Shown one piece after another: positions 54,973 through 63,849 of a stretch of DNA of 64,000 nucleotides. A model generated the notes under the pieces. The model worked only from the letters and a program-made list of their open reading frames with translations. It searched no databases and was not told the DNA's origin. The stretch is from positions 1 through 64,000 of IMG/VR virus record IMGVR_UViG_3300046543_000266. One strand, given 5' to 3'. Positions within the stretch are counted from its first letter, which is position 1. Every line of letters starts with the position of its first letter. A program made the translations under genes and the position numbers.

Positions 54973-55175
54973 ACTCAACACTCGTTCTTCAACCCCGCAT
55001 GTGGAGGTTAACGATGGGCGCTGTCACTTATACGCTGTGGTTACTAGCCAGACTTCTAATCATACTCCTCGTAGTCGCGGCCGTCGTGGCGTGCGGGGCA
55101 ACGGCATTTGTAATCGAGAGGATGGCTAAACATAGAGGTGCTTCGCCCTACGAGTCGACTCTAAAGGACTGAGCC

Positions 55176-55382
55176 ATGCACTACGTCACTAACATGGGCC
55201 AACTATACTCTTTGTCTACCCGGCGATACCGGGAGTTCTTGCGTATGGTTAGTATGGGGATCAGTATCCACGAAGCCCTTGATGGTGCGAACGCGCGCTT
55301 TATTGGTATCAACATCAACGTTACAGGGTGGGGAACAGCCGAAGCTCGGATTGCCCACTCTACCCTTTCGCCACGCAGTTAA
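55176..55382 (+). CDS. hypothetical protein
   Basis: 68 aa ORF. Confidence 0.55.
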   Translation: MHYVTNMGQLYSLSTRRYREFLRMVSMGISIHEALDGANARFIGININVTGWGTAEARIAHSTLSPRS

Positions 55383-55394
55383 AGGAGCCCTGAC

Positions 55395-55607
55395 ATGACG
55401 TCCCAACAAATCCAGCATCTTGCAATCCTTCTGCCCCTCGCAATCTTGTGGGTTGCCAGTGCTATCCACGTCCACGCGAACACTGGCATGTCGTATCCGT
55501 ATGCGATTGCTCAGGGGATGGGATTCGCCGCGCTGATGTTCGTGTGCGGTTACGCGATGTTCCTGTTCGTTGGGCGGCCGCTCGTTCGACGCATCGCGCG
55601 TCGGTAA
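55395..55607 (+). CDS. membrane protein, 2 TM
   Basis: AAGGAG SD. Confidence 0.7.
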   Translation: MTSQQIQHLAILLPLAILWVASAIHVHANTGMSYPYAIAQGMGFAALMFVCGYAMFLFVGRPLVRRIARR

Positions 55608-55655
55608 CACGTAAATAGACAGTACCAAACAACGTTGTTCTCGGAAAACCAATCT

Positions 55656-56054
55656 ATGTCCAATCTCGTAACACCAAACTATCACAACAATGATCGGGTA
55701 GAGCGCCTTCAGCGCGTGGTCAATGCCCTGCTTCAAAGCTCGCCGGTCAACCTGCATTCCACGATCGTGGTGATCGCCCCGCGCGGCACTCAACGCCTGT
55801 GGATGCACGCCGAGTCGGTCCTTCACACTGGCCGTCACTTCGTCTATGTCGAACCGCGCAAGGTAGGAATGGTGGTCCAAGCCACTGATCATCAGGTAGT
55901 GTTTGTCACCGACGACATTGCTGAGGCCGACCGTCCGGCGGTACTCACAGAACTGAAGAAGCTGAACATGGACCTCGGCCATCGCATGTTCCTGACTTTC
56001 TCGGTTGACGATCTAGAACAGAGCAACTCACCGCTGTCGTTGATCAAGCAGTAA
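55656..56054 (+). CDS. hypothetical protein
   Basis: GTAAATA variant at 55611-55617 upstream. Confidence 0.65.
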   Translation: MSNLVTPNYHNNDRVERLQRVVNALLQSSPVNLHSTIVVIAPRGTQRLWMHAESVLHTGRHFVYVEPRKVGMVVQATDHQVVFVTDDIAEADRPAVLTELKKLNMDLGHRMFLTFSVDDLEQSNSPLSLIKQ

Positions 56055-56058
56055 ACTT

Positions 56059-56379
56059 GTGGACGGAGTCTGGTATCGCTGTTCGTTGCGTCAGCCACTC
56101 ATGCAGCTACCTCGGGGCCAAGTGGTAGCGGTTATAAAATCCAAGCTGGCGCACGCTTCTATCGGATCCACGTTCTGGATCCTTTCCACGGATTACGACG
56201 TCATCTATCAAGTGGCCGAGTCGGCCTACGGTCGTAATCTCAACCAACTTATAATAAAGGAGCGCCCGGTCAAAAGCCAGGAGCTCTGCAAGATTAACGC
56301 TAATCGTCTACTGTCCACCGGGCAGTACGGCCTGGAGCATCGTCATGAAATCCGCAAACTTATCAAGCGTCGCCGTTAA
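56059..56379 (+). CDS. hypothetical protein
   Basis: ORF, start uncertain. Confidence 0.5.
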   Translation: MDGVWYRCSLRQPLMQLPRGQVVAVIKSKLAHASIGSTFWILSTDYDVIYQVAESAYGRNLNQLIIKERPVKSQELCKINANRLLSTGQYGLEHRHEIRKLIKRRR

Positions 56380-56773
56380 TTCCGTAAGTAGCACCCGCAT
56401 CTCACGCATGGAGCGTGCTCGACGCCGCACACCGGCGATCCTAGTCAAGCACGCTATGCTACTAGACGCGAACGGCAACGCCGCATTGGTTCGTCTTGCT
56501 GACCTTCCGCACGGGATCATCAAGTCTTCATACGGTATGAAGGTGTGGGAGACTGACGAAGTTATCAAGCCGCCGTCGAAGACCTTCCAGTTCCCACTCG
56601 TCGCGCCACTCGCGCACGTTGTTCGCGCCCAAACCCGTTACGGTCGTGAACAGTTCGGCGACAAGGCAGTCATCTGGGAAATGGGGTTGCAGAACGACTC
56701 CGGATTCAGCATTCCGGCAGCCGACATCATCAACTCGCTGTACGTGGTTGTACCCAACAAGGAGAGTCATTGA
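56345..56773 (+). CDS. hypothetical protein
   Basis: GGAG SD. Confidence 0.6.
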   Translation: MKSANLSSVAVNSVSSTRISRMERARRRTPAILVKHAMLLDANGNAALVRLADLPHGIIKSSYGMKVWETDEVIKPPSKTFQFPLVAPLAHVVRAQTRYGREQFGDKAVIWEMGLQNDSGFSIPAADIINSLYVVVPNKESH

Positions 56774-57096
56774 TGAACACCAATTCAACGAACGCAGTTC
56801 CGTCGTGCCCTTACTGTGGAAACCTTCACCAGACGGTGTGTCCGATGGTCAAAGCTATCGAATATCATCCCGACGGTGTGAGCGTCAAGCGTGTCGAGTT
56901 CAAGACGGCAATGGACTACCCACAGTCCCACGTGTTCGTGCCTGGAGCTACGCCGGACCTGCGGTTCAATCCAGGTCAGGGTTTACCCTTCCATCCTGGA
57001 CAGTCCTACGGTCCAATCGGAATGGGCTCCGTAGCAACCACACGCACTCAGCAGTTCCAGGACGAGGCCGCAGTCACTCCGCAGGTACAAGGGTGA
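56770..57096 (+). CDS. hypothetical protein with CPYC..H..C motif
   Basis: AAGGAG SD. Confidence 0.7.
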   Translation: MMNTNSTNAVPSCPYCGNLHQTVCPMVKAIEYHPDGVSVKRVEFKTAMDYPQSHVFVPGATPDLRFNPGQGLPFHPGQSYGPIGMGSVATTRTQQFQDEAAVTPQVQG

Positions 57097-57214
57097 CTAC
57101 ACCCGGCAAGCTGCGAGCGTATCTGGATAAGATCCGCGTGAAGGCCGCTCTGAAACGGAAGCAGCGCCAGAAGTTCAACAAGGCAAAGAAGCAACGTCGT
57201 GCTCGCACTGGAAG

Positions 57215-57583
57215 GTGACTATGAATCAAATCAACAGCTTGTCTGATAGCTACGTGGATGCGTGGCTCGCCTATTGTCTGGACTACTCCAACATCGGGGT
57301 GGTCAACGGTCGTTTGTACGCATGTGATCCGATTCAAGGGTCGTGGCAACCGGTTGACTTTCACACCGAGAATGTTGGAACCGAGCTGATCGATACACAA
57401 CCTGTATCGATCGAGCCGCACTGGAAAGAAGGGGTTCACATTGGCTGGCGCGCACACTGTCGCAACGGAATGTTCAGCGGAGCTGGTGTGTCTCATCGTC
57501 AGGCTGCGCTACGCTGCATACTTGCCACGCTGATGAACAGTCGCGACGTACCGTCCGACCTTCCGCCAGCCAAACGCAAGTAA
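57215..57583 (+). CDS. divergent NinX/DUF2591-like protein
   Basis: VDAWLA..ELIDTQPVSIEP..GWRA..HRQAALRCILA parallels 30257. Confidence 0.55.
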   Translation: MTMNQINSLSDSYVDAWLAYCLDYSNIGVVNGRLYACDPIQGSWQPVDFHTENVGTELIDTQPVSIEPHWKEGVHIGWRAHCRNGMFSGAGVSHRQAALRCILATLMNSRDVPSDLPPAKRK

Positions 57584-57654
57584 TCACGCCGCCCTGAGCC
57601 TCGCGTTTCAACCACGTCCAATCATTAACAAACTTAAACGGATAGAGTACCAAA

Positions 57655-57906
57655 ATGGCTAAGCTCGTGAAAGTATCACCGACCAAAGCGTATCGTATCG
57701 AAGCGATCCAGATCGATGACAATCAGATGATCTCCATCCGCCAGATGTACGCCACCAAGAAGGACCCGAAGTTGAAGCCGGGGCGTCAGGGCCTCACCAT
57801 TCCGCTTGAACAAGCCGAGCGGGTTGCCAAGTGGATCAAGCAATTGGCGACCGACCCGAACACTGAATTCACCGTGCTCGAAGCACGTGGAGGTAGCGAC
57901 GAATGA
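57655..57906 (+). CDS. PC4/YdbC-like ssDNA-binding protein
   Basis: ISIRQMY..KPGRQGLTIPLEQAERV. Confidence 0.75.
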   Translation: MAKLVKVSPTKAYRIEAIQIDDNQMISIRQMYATKKDPKLKPGRQGLTIPLEQAERVAKWIKQLATDPNTEFTVLEARGGSDE

Positions 57907-58082
57907 AAGTCCAACGCGTAGTTTGGGATCAAGGAATGCCGCAAGAGTCGGTGCAGTACATTGACACTGCGACTGGTAAGACCGTGCAACCGCCGCAGCG
58001 GCCGCGGATCGAAGGCTTCAACGGCCAGACGTGGGACCGCGGTATGCCCCAAGAAACGTTTGAACGGTGGGACGACAAATGA
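57903..58082 (+). CDS. 59 aa protein with duplicated WDxGMPQE motif (below ORF-track cutoff)
   Basis: GGAGG SD; read by hand; ATGA overlaps at both ends. Confidence 0.65.
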   Translation: MKVQRVVWDQGMPQESVQYIDTATGKTVQPPQRPRIEGFNGQTWDRGMPQETFERWDDK

Positions 58083-58378
58083 GTGAAGCCCAAGTGCCCA
58101 CGCCAACACCCCACCAATCCGAGTCAGTCTTCGGCTGTCTTGGTACAGTGTATCGCAGCACCTACACTGGATGCGAAGGCTGGAACAGCACCAAGATTGG
58201 CACCGTATCCGTGTACGGTGCGTTGCCTCAGCTTGCGAAGTTGAAGGCCGACAAAGAGGCTGCGTATCCGCCCGGTCCCGCGTTCATGCGTACCACGATC
58301 AAGTGGGGTGACCCGGTTGCGCTGCATGACTTGTCGGACATTTGGAAGTTCCTTCACGGTGACGTTGTTACTCACTAG
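58079..58378 (+). CDS. hypothetical protein
   Basis: ATGA-coupled. Confidence 0.6.
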   Translation: MSEAQVPTPTPHQSESVFGCLGTVYRSTYTGCEGWNSTKIGTVSVYGALPQLAKLKADKEAAYPPGPAFMRTTIKWGDPVALHDLSDIWKFLHGDVVTH

Positions 58379-58387
58379 GAGTTGGTC

Positions 58388-58672
58388 ATGTCGCGGGAAC
58401 AAGAACACCGAATTCAGATTACCGTCAGTCCCAGCAAGTCGCCGAAGGATTATCCAGTGGTTCGCACCTTCCGCATCCCGAACGTTGGGGTCAGGACTGA
58501 CGTTTCAGCATACGTAGTGTTAGACGGCAATCAGTATCGCTTGGTAGTGGGTCGCGGCAATGGGCGACTGGGGTTCGCCGAACCTGAAGAGATCTACCAG
58601 TTGCTCCGTGAGCTAGTCTCCTACATCGATGAATTGACCTACACTCTTCTCCTCCTACACAAAACGCCATGA
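58388..58672 (+). CDS. hypothetical protein
   Basis: AGGAG SD. Confidence 0.6.
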   Translation: MSREQEHRIQITVSPSKSPKDYPVVRTFRIPNVGVRTDVSAYVVLDGNQYRLVVGRGNGRLGFAEPEEIYQLLRELVSYIDELTYTLLLLHKTP

Positions 58673-58986
58673 ACTACAACGACTACGACGACATTCCCGA
58701 TTTCCCACCGTCCCCGTACATTGACCGGATGGCTCAAGCTAAGGGTCGAACCTCCGTTCAACCGGCGTCCGCTCCGGTGCCGGTGACCTTCGACGAAGTT
58801 CGTATGGAAGTCCGTATCGCCCGCTACCTGTCGTCACAGTCGGTTCAGCTGGAAGTCGCCCATCACTTCTACTATCAGGGGGTACGGGTGGTGAAGGGCC
58901 GGTGGACGTTTCTAGTAGTGAGCGATCAAACCGCCAACCACTTAATCATGCACGGAATCTCAGGCAGCGTCCAGTGCAGGGAATAG
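58669..58986 (+). CDS. hypothetical protein
   Basis: ATGA-coupled. Confidence 0.6.
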   Translation: MNYNDYDDIPDFPPSPYIDRMAQAKGRTSVQPASAPVPVTFDEVRMEVRIARYLSSQSVQLEVAHHFYYQGVRVVKGRWTFLVVSDQTANHLIMHGISGSVQCRE

Positions 58987-58998
58987 AGGAATATTCTT

Positions 58999-59238
58999 AT
59001 GGAACTTCTGGTTCTCTACTCGCAGATCAATTCTTCAACTGGCGAACCTGTCCAGCGCCGGAGGCTCGTCAATACGTTGAGCAGGTTCATGTCGGACATG
59101 GATGCGAAGGGTCGTGACTACGAACTCATCGATGCGTACCCGGTGACCGACACGGCGGCTGAGGGACTTCGATGGGACATCGACGCTGAGAACGAGGCGC
59201 AGCGAACAAAAGCAAAGTCTGGGAAGGCTAGTAAATAA
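58999..59238 (+). CDS. hypothetical protein
   Basis: GAGGA SD. Confidence 0.65.
   Translation: MELLVLYSQINSSTGEPVQRRRLVNTLSRFMSDMDAKGRDYELIDAYPVTDTAAEGLRWDIDAENEAQRTKAKSGKASK
59229..59237 (+). promoter_or_regulatory. TAGTAAATA box
   Basis: Exact motif overlapping stop 59238, upstream of 59291. Confidence 0.65.
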
Positions 59239-59290
59239 ACGGTGTAGCAACCAAACAAAACTACCCTTCCCAACACACAGGATCCGTATC

Positions 59291-60139
59291 ATGAACATCG
59301 AAGAATACCAACACGTAGTCGGCTCGACCTCCGCAGAATTCGCATCGACCGGTTTGCATATCGGCCAGCTCTTCATGTGGCAGATCATCAAGCAGAATCA
59401 GATGTACAGCCTCCCGGTCAACAAGTACCCGACGCTCGACGGCTTGAACGAAAGCCCGCTGAAGCGCATGACTGGCTTCATGGAAACGCTCAAGCAGGAA
59501 ATGGAAGAGGGTTACGAAATCCACGCAGTCATGCAACTCCGCGAGATGTTCGGCGCGTCGCTCGACACCTCGGCTTACTCCGAGTCGGGCATCCTCACGC
59601 ATCTCGTGGCGAACGGCGTCGACGGCAAGCGTGCAGCAAAGCTGGCACCGGAAGTGTTCCAGTGGATTCAGAACTCGGCTGAACCCTACGAAGACGGCAC
59701 CACGGAACTGGATCGCCAGATCCTCGTGATGCTCGCCGACTGGCTTGGCGACATGAACGTGTACAACCGCTCGGAAGCGCTGAAGTACGGCATTCCGCTG
59801 GAAGGCGTACTGGCCTGTATCATGGGTTCGAACTTCACGAAGCTCGGAGCGGACGGCCAGCCTATCATCAACCCGGACAACGGCAAGGTGCTGAAGGGCC
59901 CGAACTTCACGCCGCCGGAAGACCACATCTACGCAACCATGTTCGGCACCAACGAACTGTACGACGACCTCGAAGCCAAGAAGAACGAAGTCGCCGACAT
60001 TCAAGCCATCGCTGGCGAAGTTATCGTCGATCCGATGACGGAAGTGTTTGCAGCGTTCGACGCGGTTGACGAAGAGGAGTTTGGCTTCGACGACGCTTCG
60101 GAAGAAGAGGCAGAAGACGACGAAGAAGAACTCGGTTAA
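59291..60139 (+). CDS. MazG-like / PRA-PH nucleotide pyrophosphohydrolase with acidic tail
   Basis: LKQEMEEG..MLADWLGD..IMGSNFTKLGADGQPI..GKVLKGPNFTPP. Confidence 0.85.
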   Translation: MNIEEYQHVVGSTSAEFASTGLHIGQLFMWQIIKQNQMYSLPVNKYPTLDGLNESPLKRMTGFMETLKQEMEEGYEIHAVMQLREMFGASLDTSAYSESGILTHLVANGVDGKRAAKLAPEVFQWIQNSAEPYEDGTTELDRQILVMLADWLGDMNVYNRSEALKYGIPLEGVLACIMGSNFTKLGADGQPIINPDNGKVLKGPNFTPPEDHIYATMFGTNELYDDLEAKKNEVADIQAIAGEVIVDPMTEVFAAFDAVDEEEFGFDDASEEEAEDDEEELG

Positions 60140-60158
60140 TTGTAATCTATCGAGTATG

Positions 60159-60193
60159 AGGCCGGTCATTCCAACAGGAGTGCCCGGCCTTTT
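60159..60193 (+). terminator. Rho-independent terminator
   Basis: AGGCCGG..CATTCC/GGAGTG..CCGGCCT + TTT. Confidence 0.75.
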
Positions 60194-60241
60194 GTTCGTT
60201 GGTGGCAATTTTACGCCTGATACTACCGTCAGGATACCGCC

Positions 60242-61945
60242 GTGGACCAAACTAAAATCACCGCTTCACAGCTAGTCAATCTTCTCGAGATACTATACGT
60301 TCTCGTCATCGATTACGTTGAGAACGGACCCGAGCGCAAGCCGGACGCAGAAACCGCTGAAGAGCTCAAGCATCTGGGCAAACCTGCTGTCGCTCAGTGG
60401 GGCAAGGATCTGCCGGCTCTGCGAGACAGCATCAACGCGGCATTGGCTGGTCGCAGCAAAGCCGAGCAACTCGCGCTTCTCGGTGAAGAAGTGAAGGGTG
60501 CCTTCCAGAACTTCCGCGCCAACGAACGGTTCACCAGTCAGGAAATCGAACTGCTCAAGGCACTCGGCGCCTATCTGCGCACTGACTCCGAGATCGCGCT
60601 GCAGAAGATCAAGAAGTTCGCGGGCGTGATGAACAATCCGTACATCAGCAAGCGCATGGCTCCGGAAGTCGGCACACAGAAGAAGTCGTCGAATGCGTTG
60701 CGCCAACTCATCAAGAAGATGGTTGGTCGCGACGATACAGCTCTTACCTTGGACGAAGCGAAGATCGCCAAGGAGATGCATCCGGATCTGTATAAGCAAT
60801 ACATGGCGTATCGCAAACAGCACCGGGAAGTGTGGCAGAACGCGATGATCTCGTACATCCGTAACAGCGGACACAGCACGGTTCCGTACGAAGAGCTCCT
60901 GCAATATCTGCTGGCGAACGGCATCGACCACATGCTCCCGCTGGGATTCACTGGTCAGGTGGACGATCAAGGCAAGCTGTACACCAACGACGGTCATCTG
61001 ATCGACGGCGTGCCGCAAGCAACCAACTTCCCGAGCGTGGAAATGAACGCGCATTACGGTCAGCCGGGTGCCGAGCATTACGTGTTCCAAGCCATCCGCT
61101 CGAATGGCGGCCCCGGTCCGTACTTCTACACGTCTGACTTCAAGAAGGCCGCTAGTCGCGCCAAGTTTGAGAAGGTCGCCGATCTGGCACCGAAGCTCAA
61201 CTCAATGCAGAAGAAGTGGTTCGCCAACGTCAAGAAGTTCGATCCCGAGAACGTGCGCTGCGTCTGCGCTACCGTGCTGGAAATCCTGTACGAGTTCAGC
61301 GCCCGCGTCGGTTCCAAGGGTAACGCTGCGGCTGGACAATCCACGTTCGGTGTGTCCACGCTTCTGGTCCGTCACGTCAGCGTCGATCAAGGAGGCAATG
61401 TGATCCTGCGCTATCGCGGTAAGGACGCAGTGCCTACGATGCACAAGCTGATGAAGAACGATCCGCAGCAACGATTCGTGATCGCCAATCTGATGCAGCT
61501 GATGAACGGCAAGCAACCGAAGGATCGGCTGTTCACGGTGTCCAGTCCAACAGGACGACTCAAACCAGTTGGCGGTGCCGCGGTCAACGCGTACTTCCGT
61601 AGTCTGGGTGCGCCCGAAGGTGTGACCGTCCACAAGCTGCGTACCTTCCGTGGCACTGCGCTGTTCCGTGAGCTGATGGACAAGCTCTTCGAGAGTGGTA
61701 AGCTTCCGAAGGACGAACGCGCTGCAACCCTCATGTTCAACAAGATGGCGATGGCCGTCGGCAAAGCGCTCAATCACGTGCGCCGTGGTGCGAACGGGAC
61801 GTCAGTCACCGGGACAACTGCGCTTGCCAACTACATCGACCCCTCCATCCAAATCACCTTCTGGCGTCAGTTGGGCTTCCGACCGCCGAAGTCCCTCGAA
61901 CGCTTCGATGTCGGTGGTGGCGCTGGTTCCACTGACGAAGAATAA
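60242..61945 (+). CDS. DNA topoisomerase IB with long N-terminal extension
   Basis: Pentad: SARVGSKGN (R), FGVSTL..HV, YRGKD (K), HKLRTF (R), LNH (H), NYIDP (Tyr 61832-61834). Confidence 0.85.
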   Translation: MDQTKITASQLVNLLEILYVLVIDYVENGPERKPDAETAEELKHLGKPAVAQWGKDLPALRDSINAALAGRSKAEQLALLGEEVKGAFQNFRANERFTSQEIELLKALGAYLRTDSEIALQKIKKFAGVMNNPYISKRMAPEVGTQKKSSNALRQLIKKMVGRDDTALTLDEAKIAKEMHPDLYKQYMAYRKQHREVWQNAMISYIRNSGHSTVPYEELLQYLLANGIDHMLPLGFTGQVDDQGKLYTNDGHLIDGVPQATNFPSVEMNAHYGQPGAEHYVFQAIRSNGGPGPYFYTSDFKKAASRAKFEKVADLAPKLNSMQKKWFANVKKFDPENVRCVCATVLEILYEFSARVGSKGNAAAGQSTFGVSTLLVRHVSVDQGGNVILRYRGKDAVPTMHKLMKNDPQQRFVIANLMQLMNGKQPKDRLFTVSSPTGRLKPVGGAAVNAYFRSLGAPEGVTVHKLRTFRGTALFRELMDKLFESGKLPKDERAATLMFNKMAMAVGKALNHVRRGANGTSVTGTTALANYIDPSIQITFWRQLGFRPPKSLERFDVGGGAGSTDEE

Positions 61946-61953
61946 GGACACCT

Positions 61954-62511
61954 ATGACAGTCAAGCTAACTGCACTCACTCGCCTTCTGCTCACCGAGGG
62001 TGAGATCGCGGATGCTACCGAGCAGGGGCTGTTCAAGCAGCCTCTGCAAGACACCGACTACTGGAAGTCTATGGCTGCCGGTGGTCTGGTGCTGGCGCGT
62101 GATACCAAACGGTTGCTCCTCAACAAGCGAAGTTCCAAGGTATCTGATCCGGGCCTGTGGGGTGTGTTCGGTGGGACTGTCGATTGTGGTGAAACTCCCA
62201 AGAAGACGGTGCTACGGGAATTGAACGAAGAAGCCGGTCTGCCTGGAGGCAAGCCTTTCGGTGGCGGCAATACCAACGGAGCGCATCGAGTTTTCCCGAT
62301 GCTCACGTACCGTAACATGGATGCAGGATTCGTCTACTACAACTTCTTGGTCGTGGTCGAGAAGGAGTTCAAGCCGGTCCTGAACTGGGAATCCGAAGCT
62401 GCCGAGTGGTTCACCTACGGCAATTGGCCCAGTCCGCTGCATCCGGGCGTGACCGCGCTGTTCAACGACAAGGTATCCGTAGATACCATTCGTCATCATC
62501 TTCGCAGATAG
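61954..62511 (+). CDS. Nudix hydrolase
   Basis: Nudix box GGTVDCGETPKKTVLRELNEEAG. Confidence 0.9.
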   Translation: MTVKLTALTRLLLTEGEIADATEQGLFKQPLQDTDYWKSMAAGGLVLARDTKRLLLNKRSSKVSDPGLWGVFGGTVDCGETPKKTVLRELNEEAGLPGGKPFGGGNTNGAHRVFPMLTYRNMDAGFVYYNFLVVVEKEFKPVLNWESEAAEWFTYGNWPSPLHPGVTALFNDKVSVDTIRHHLRR

Positions 62512-62518
62512 GCATAGA

Positions 62519-63787
62519 ATGACAATCGCACTCAATGCGGCCGCACGTTTAACCGCGGCGATGGCCGACGAGAAGCAATCGTTGGTGTTCCTGCAGTCGC
62601 TCGGGTTCAATGGCCTTCGCTACAAGAACGCGGAAGAGGATCGCATCCGCTTCCACTACACGACGTATAACGAGCAGTTCCTCATCAAGCACTTTGGCAA
62701 GCCCGAAAGCATCAAGATCGGCAAAGTGTGGAAGTTCGGTACGGAAGGCGCTATCCTCGTGCGCACCACTATGAGTCTGGTGGTGCTCCGCAATGCCAAA
62801 GGCAACGCCAAGCGTCGGGCACCTGCTCCAGTCGCACCCGTTGCACCTATCGAGACGCATGTTCCGGCACCGGCACCGGCTCCCGCGCCAGAGCCGAAGC
62901 TTCCTCCGGCACAGGATCCGAATGTTCCAGGGGCTAAGGACAACGACGACGCGAATGTCCCGGTCACGCATTTGCCTGACAATCTGGTCAAGTTCTACAG
63001 CCGAGCCAAGGCACTGAAGGACGACCGGATATACCGTAAGCGCTTCATGGCTCTGCTGTGGCATTACCTGAACACCAACAAGTTCGGCGGTCAGTTGAAG
63101 GAACCACGCTTCAACTTGCTCAAGGATCAAGATGCGTATCGGATGCGACTGCGTGGTCGTTGGTGGCCGGGTAAGCGCGTGCTGGATATCGCGCCTCGTC
63201 TGTACAACGCACAGCAGAACTTCTTCGTCGAGATCTTCCTCCACGAGATGTGCCATCAGGCAGTGTCCGAAATCGACCACGCGGACTTCGACCCATCCGA
63301 GCGTTACCATAAGGGACACGGTCCGTACTGGCAAGACTGGATGCGCAAGGTCGGCTTGAACCCATTGCGGTTCGATCCGAATGACAACTCGACCTACATG
63401 ACCGAGGACGAGAAAGAAGAACATAAAGAACGCGTTGAACAGCGTAAAGAAGCATCGGAAGAACTGCGTGATCGGGGCATCACCCGTCTGATGTATTACG
63501 AGGGTATCACACCGGCAACCGCAGTGTGGCAGGGGAAGATCTTGGTTGGTCTGGCAGTATGCCCGACCGCCAAGAACGGTAAGGCTATCGCATTCCTCGA
63601 CATCAACGAGTTGCCCGGCAATTCGTTCAAGCTCGTAGCAGGAACCGCACTGTACAAGTTTTCGGGTACAGAAGAGCAGAAGGCCACGTTGTTGAGTGCC
63701 CCGTATCTGAGTAAGGCGAAGCGCATTGCTGATTACTACGGCGATAAGGCTCTTCTTCGTCAGCTCAAGCGGACGCGTCGTATCTAA
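62519..63787 (+). CDS. SprT-like zinc metalloprotease domain protein
   Basis: IFLHEMCHQ..HKGHGPYWQDWMRKVG; Pro-rich linker. Confidence 0.85.
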   Translation: MTIALNAAARLTAAMADEKQSLVFLQSLGFNGLRYKNAEEDRIRFHYTTYNEQFLIKHFGKPESIKIGKVWKFGTEGAILVRTTMSLVVLRNAKGNAKRRAPAPVAPVAPIETHVPAPAPAPAPEPKLPPAQDPNVPGAKDNDDANVPVTHLPDNLVKFYSRAKALKDDRIYRKRFMALLWHYLNTNKFGGQLKEPRFNLLKDQDAYRMRLRGRWWPGKRVLDIAPRLYNAQQNFFVEIFLHEMCHQAVSEIDHADFDPSERYHKGHGPYWQDWMRKVGLNPLRFDPNDNSTYMTEDEKEEHKERVEQRKEASEELRDRGITRLMYYEGITPATAVWQGKILVGLAVCPTAKNGKAIAFLDINELPGNSFKLVAGTALYKFSGTEEQKATLLSAPYLSKAKRIADYYGDKALLRQLKRTRRI

Positions 63788-63849
63788 TCAAAACACAATC
63801 ACCCACCTTCCCACACTCGTACCCCCCATAATCCATTGGAGTGCAGTGT

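Noticed and set aside
55656-56054. Helicase/P-loop fragment impression
   Set aside because: No Walker A or DEAD motif; left as hypothetical.
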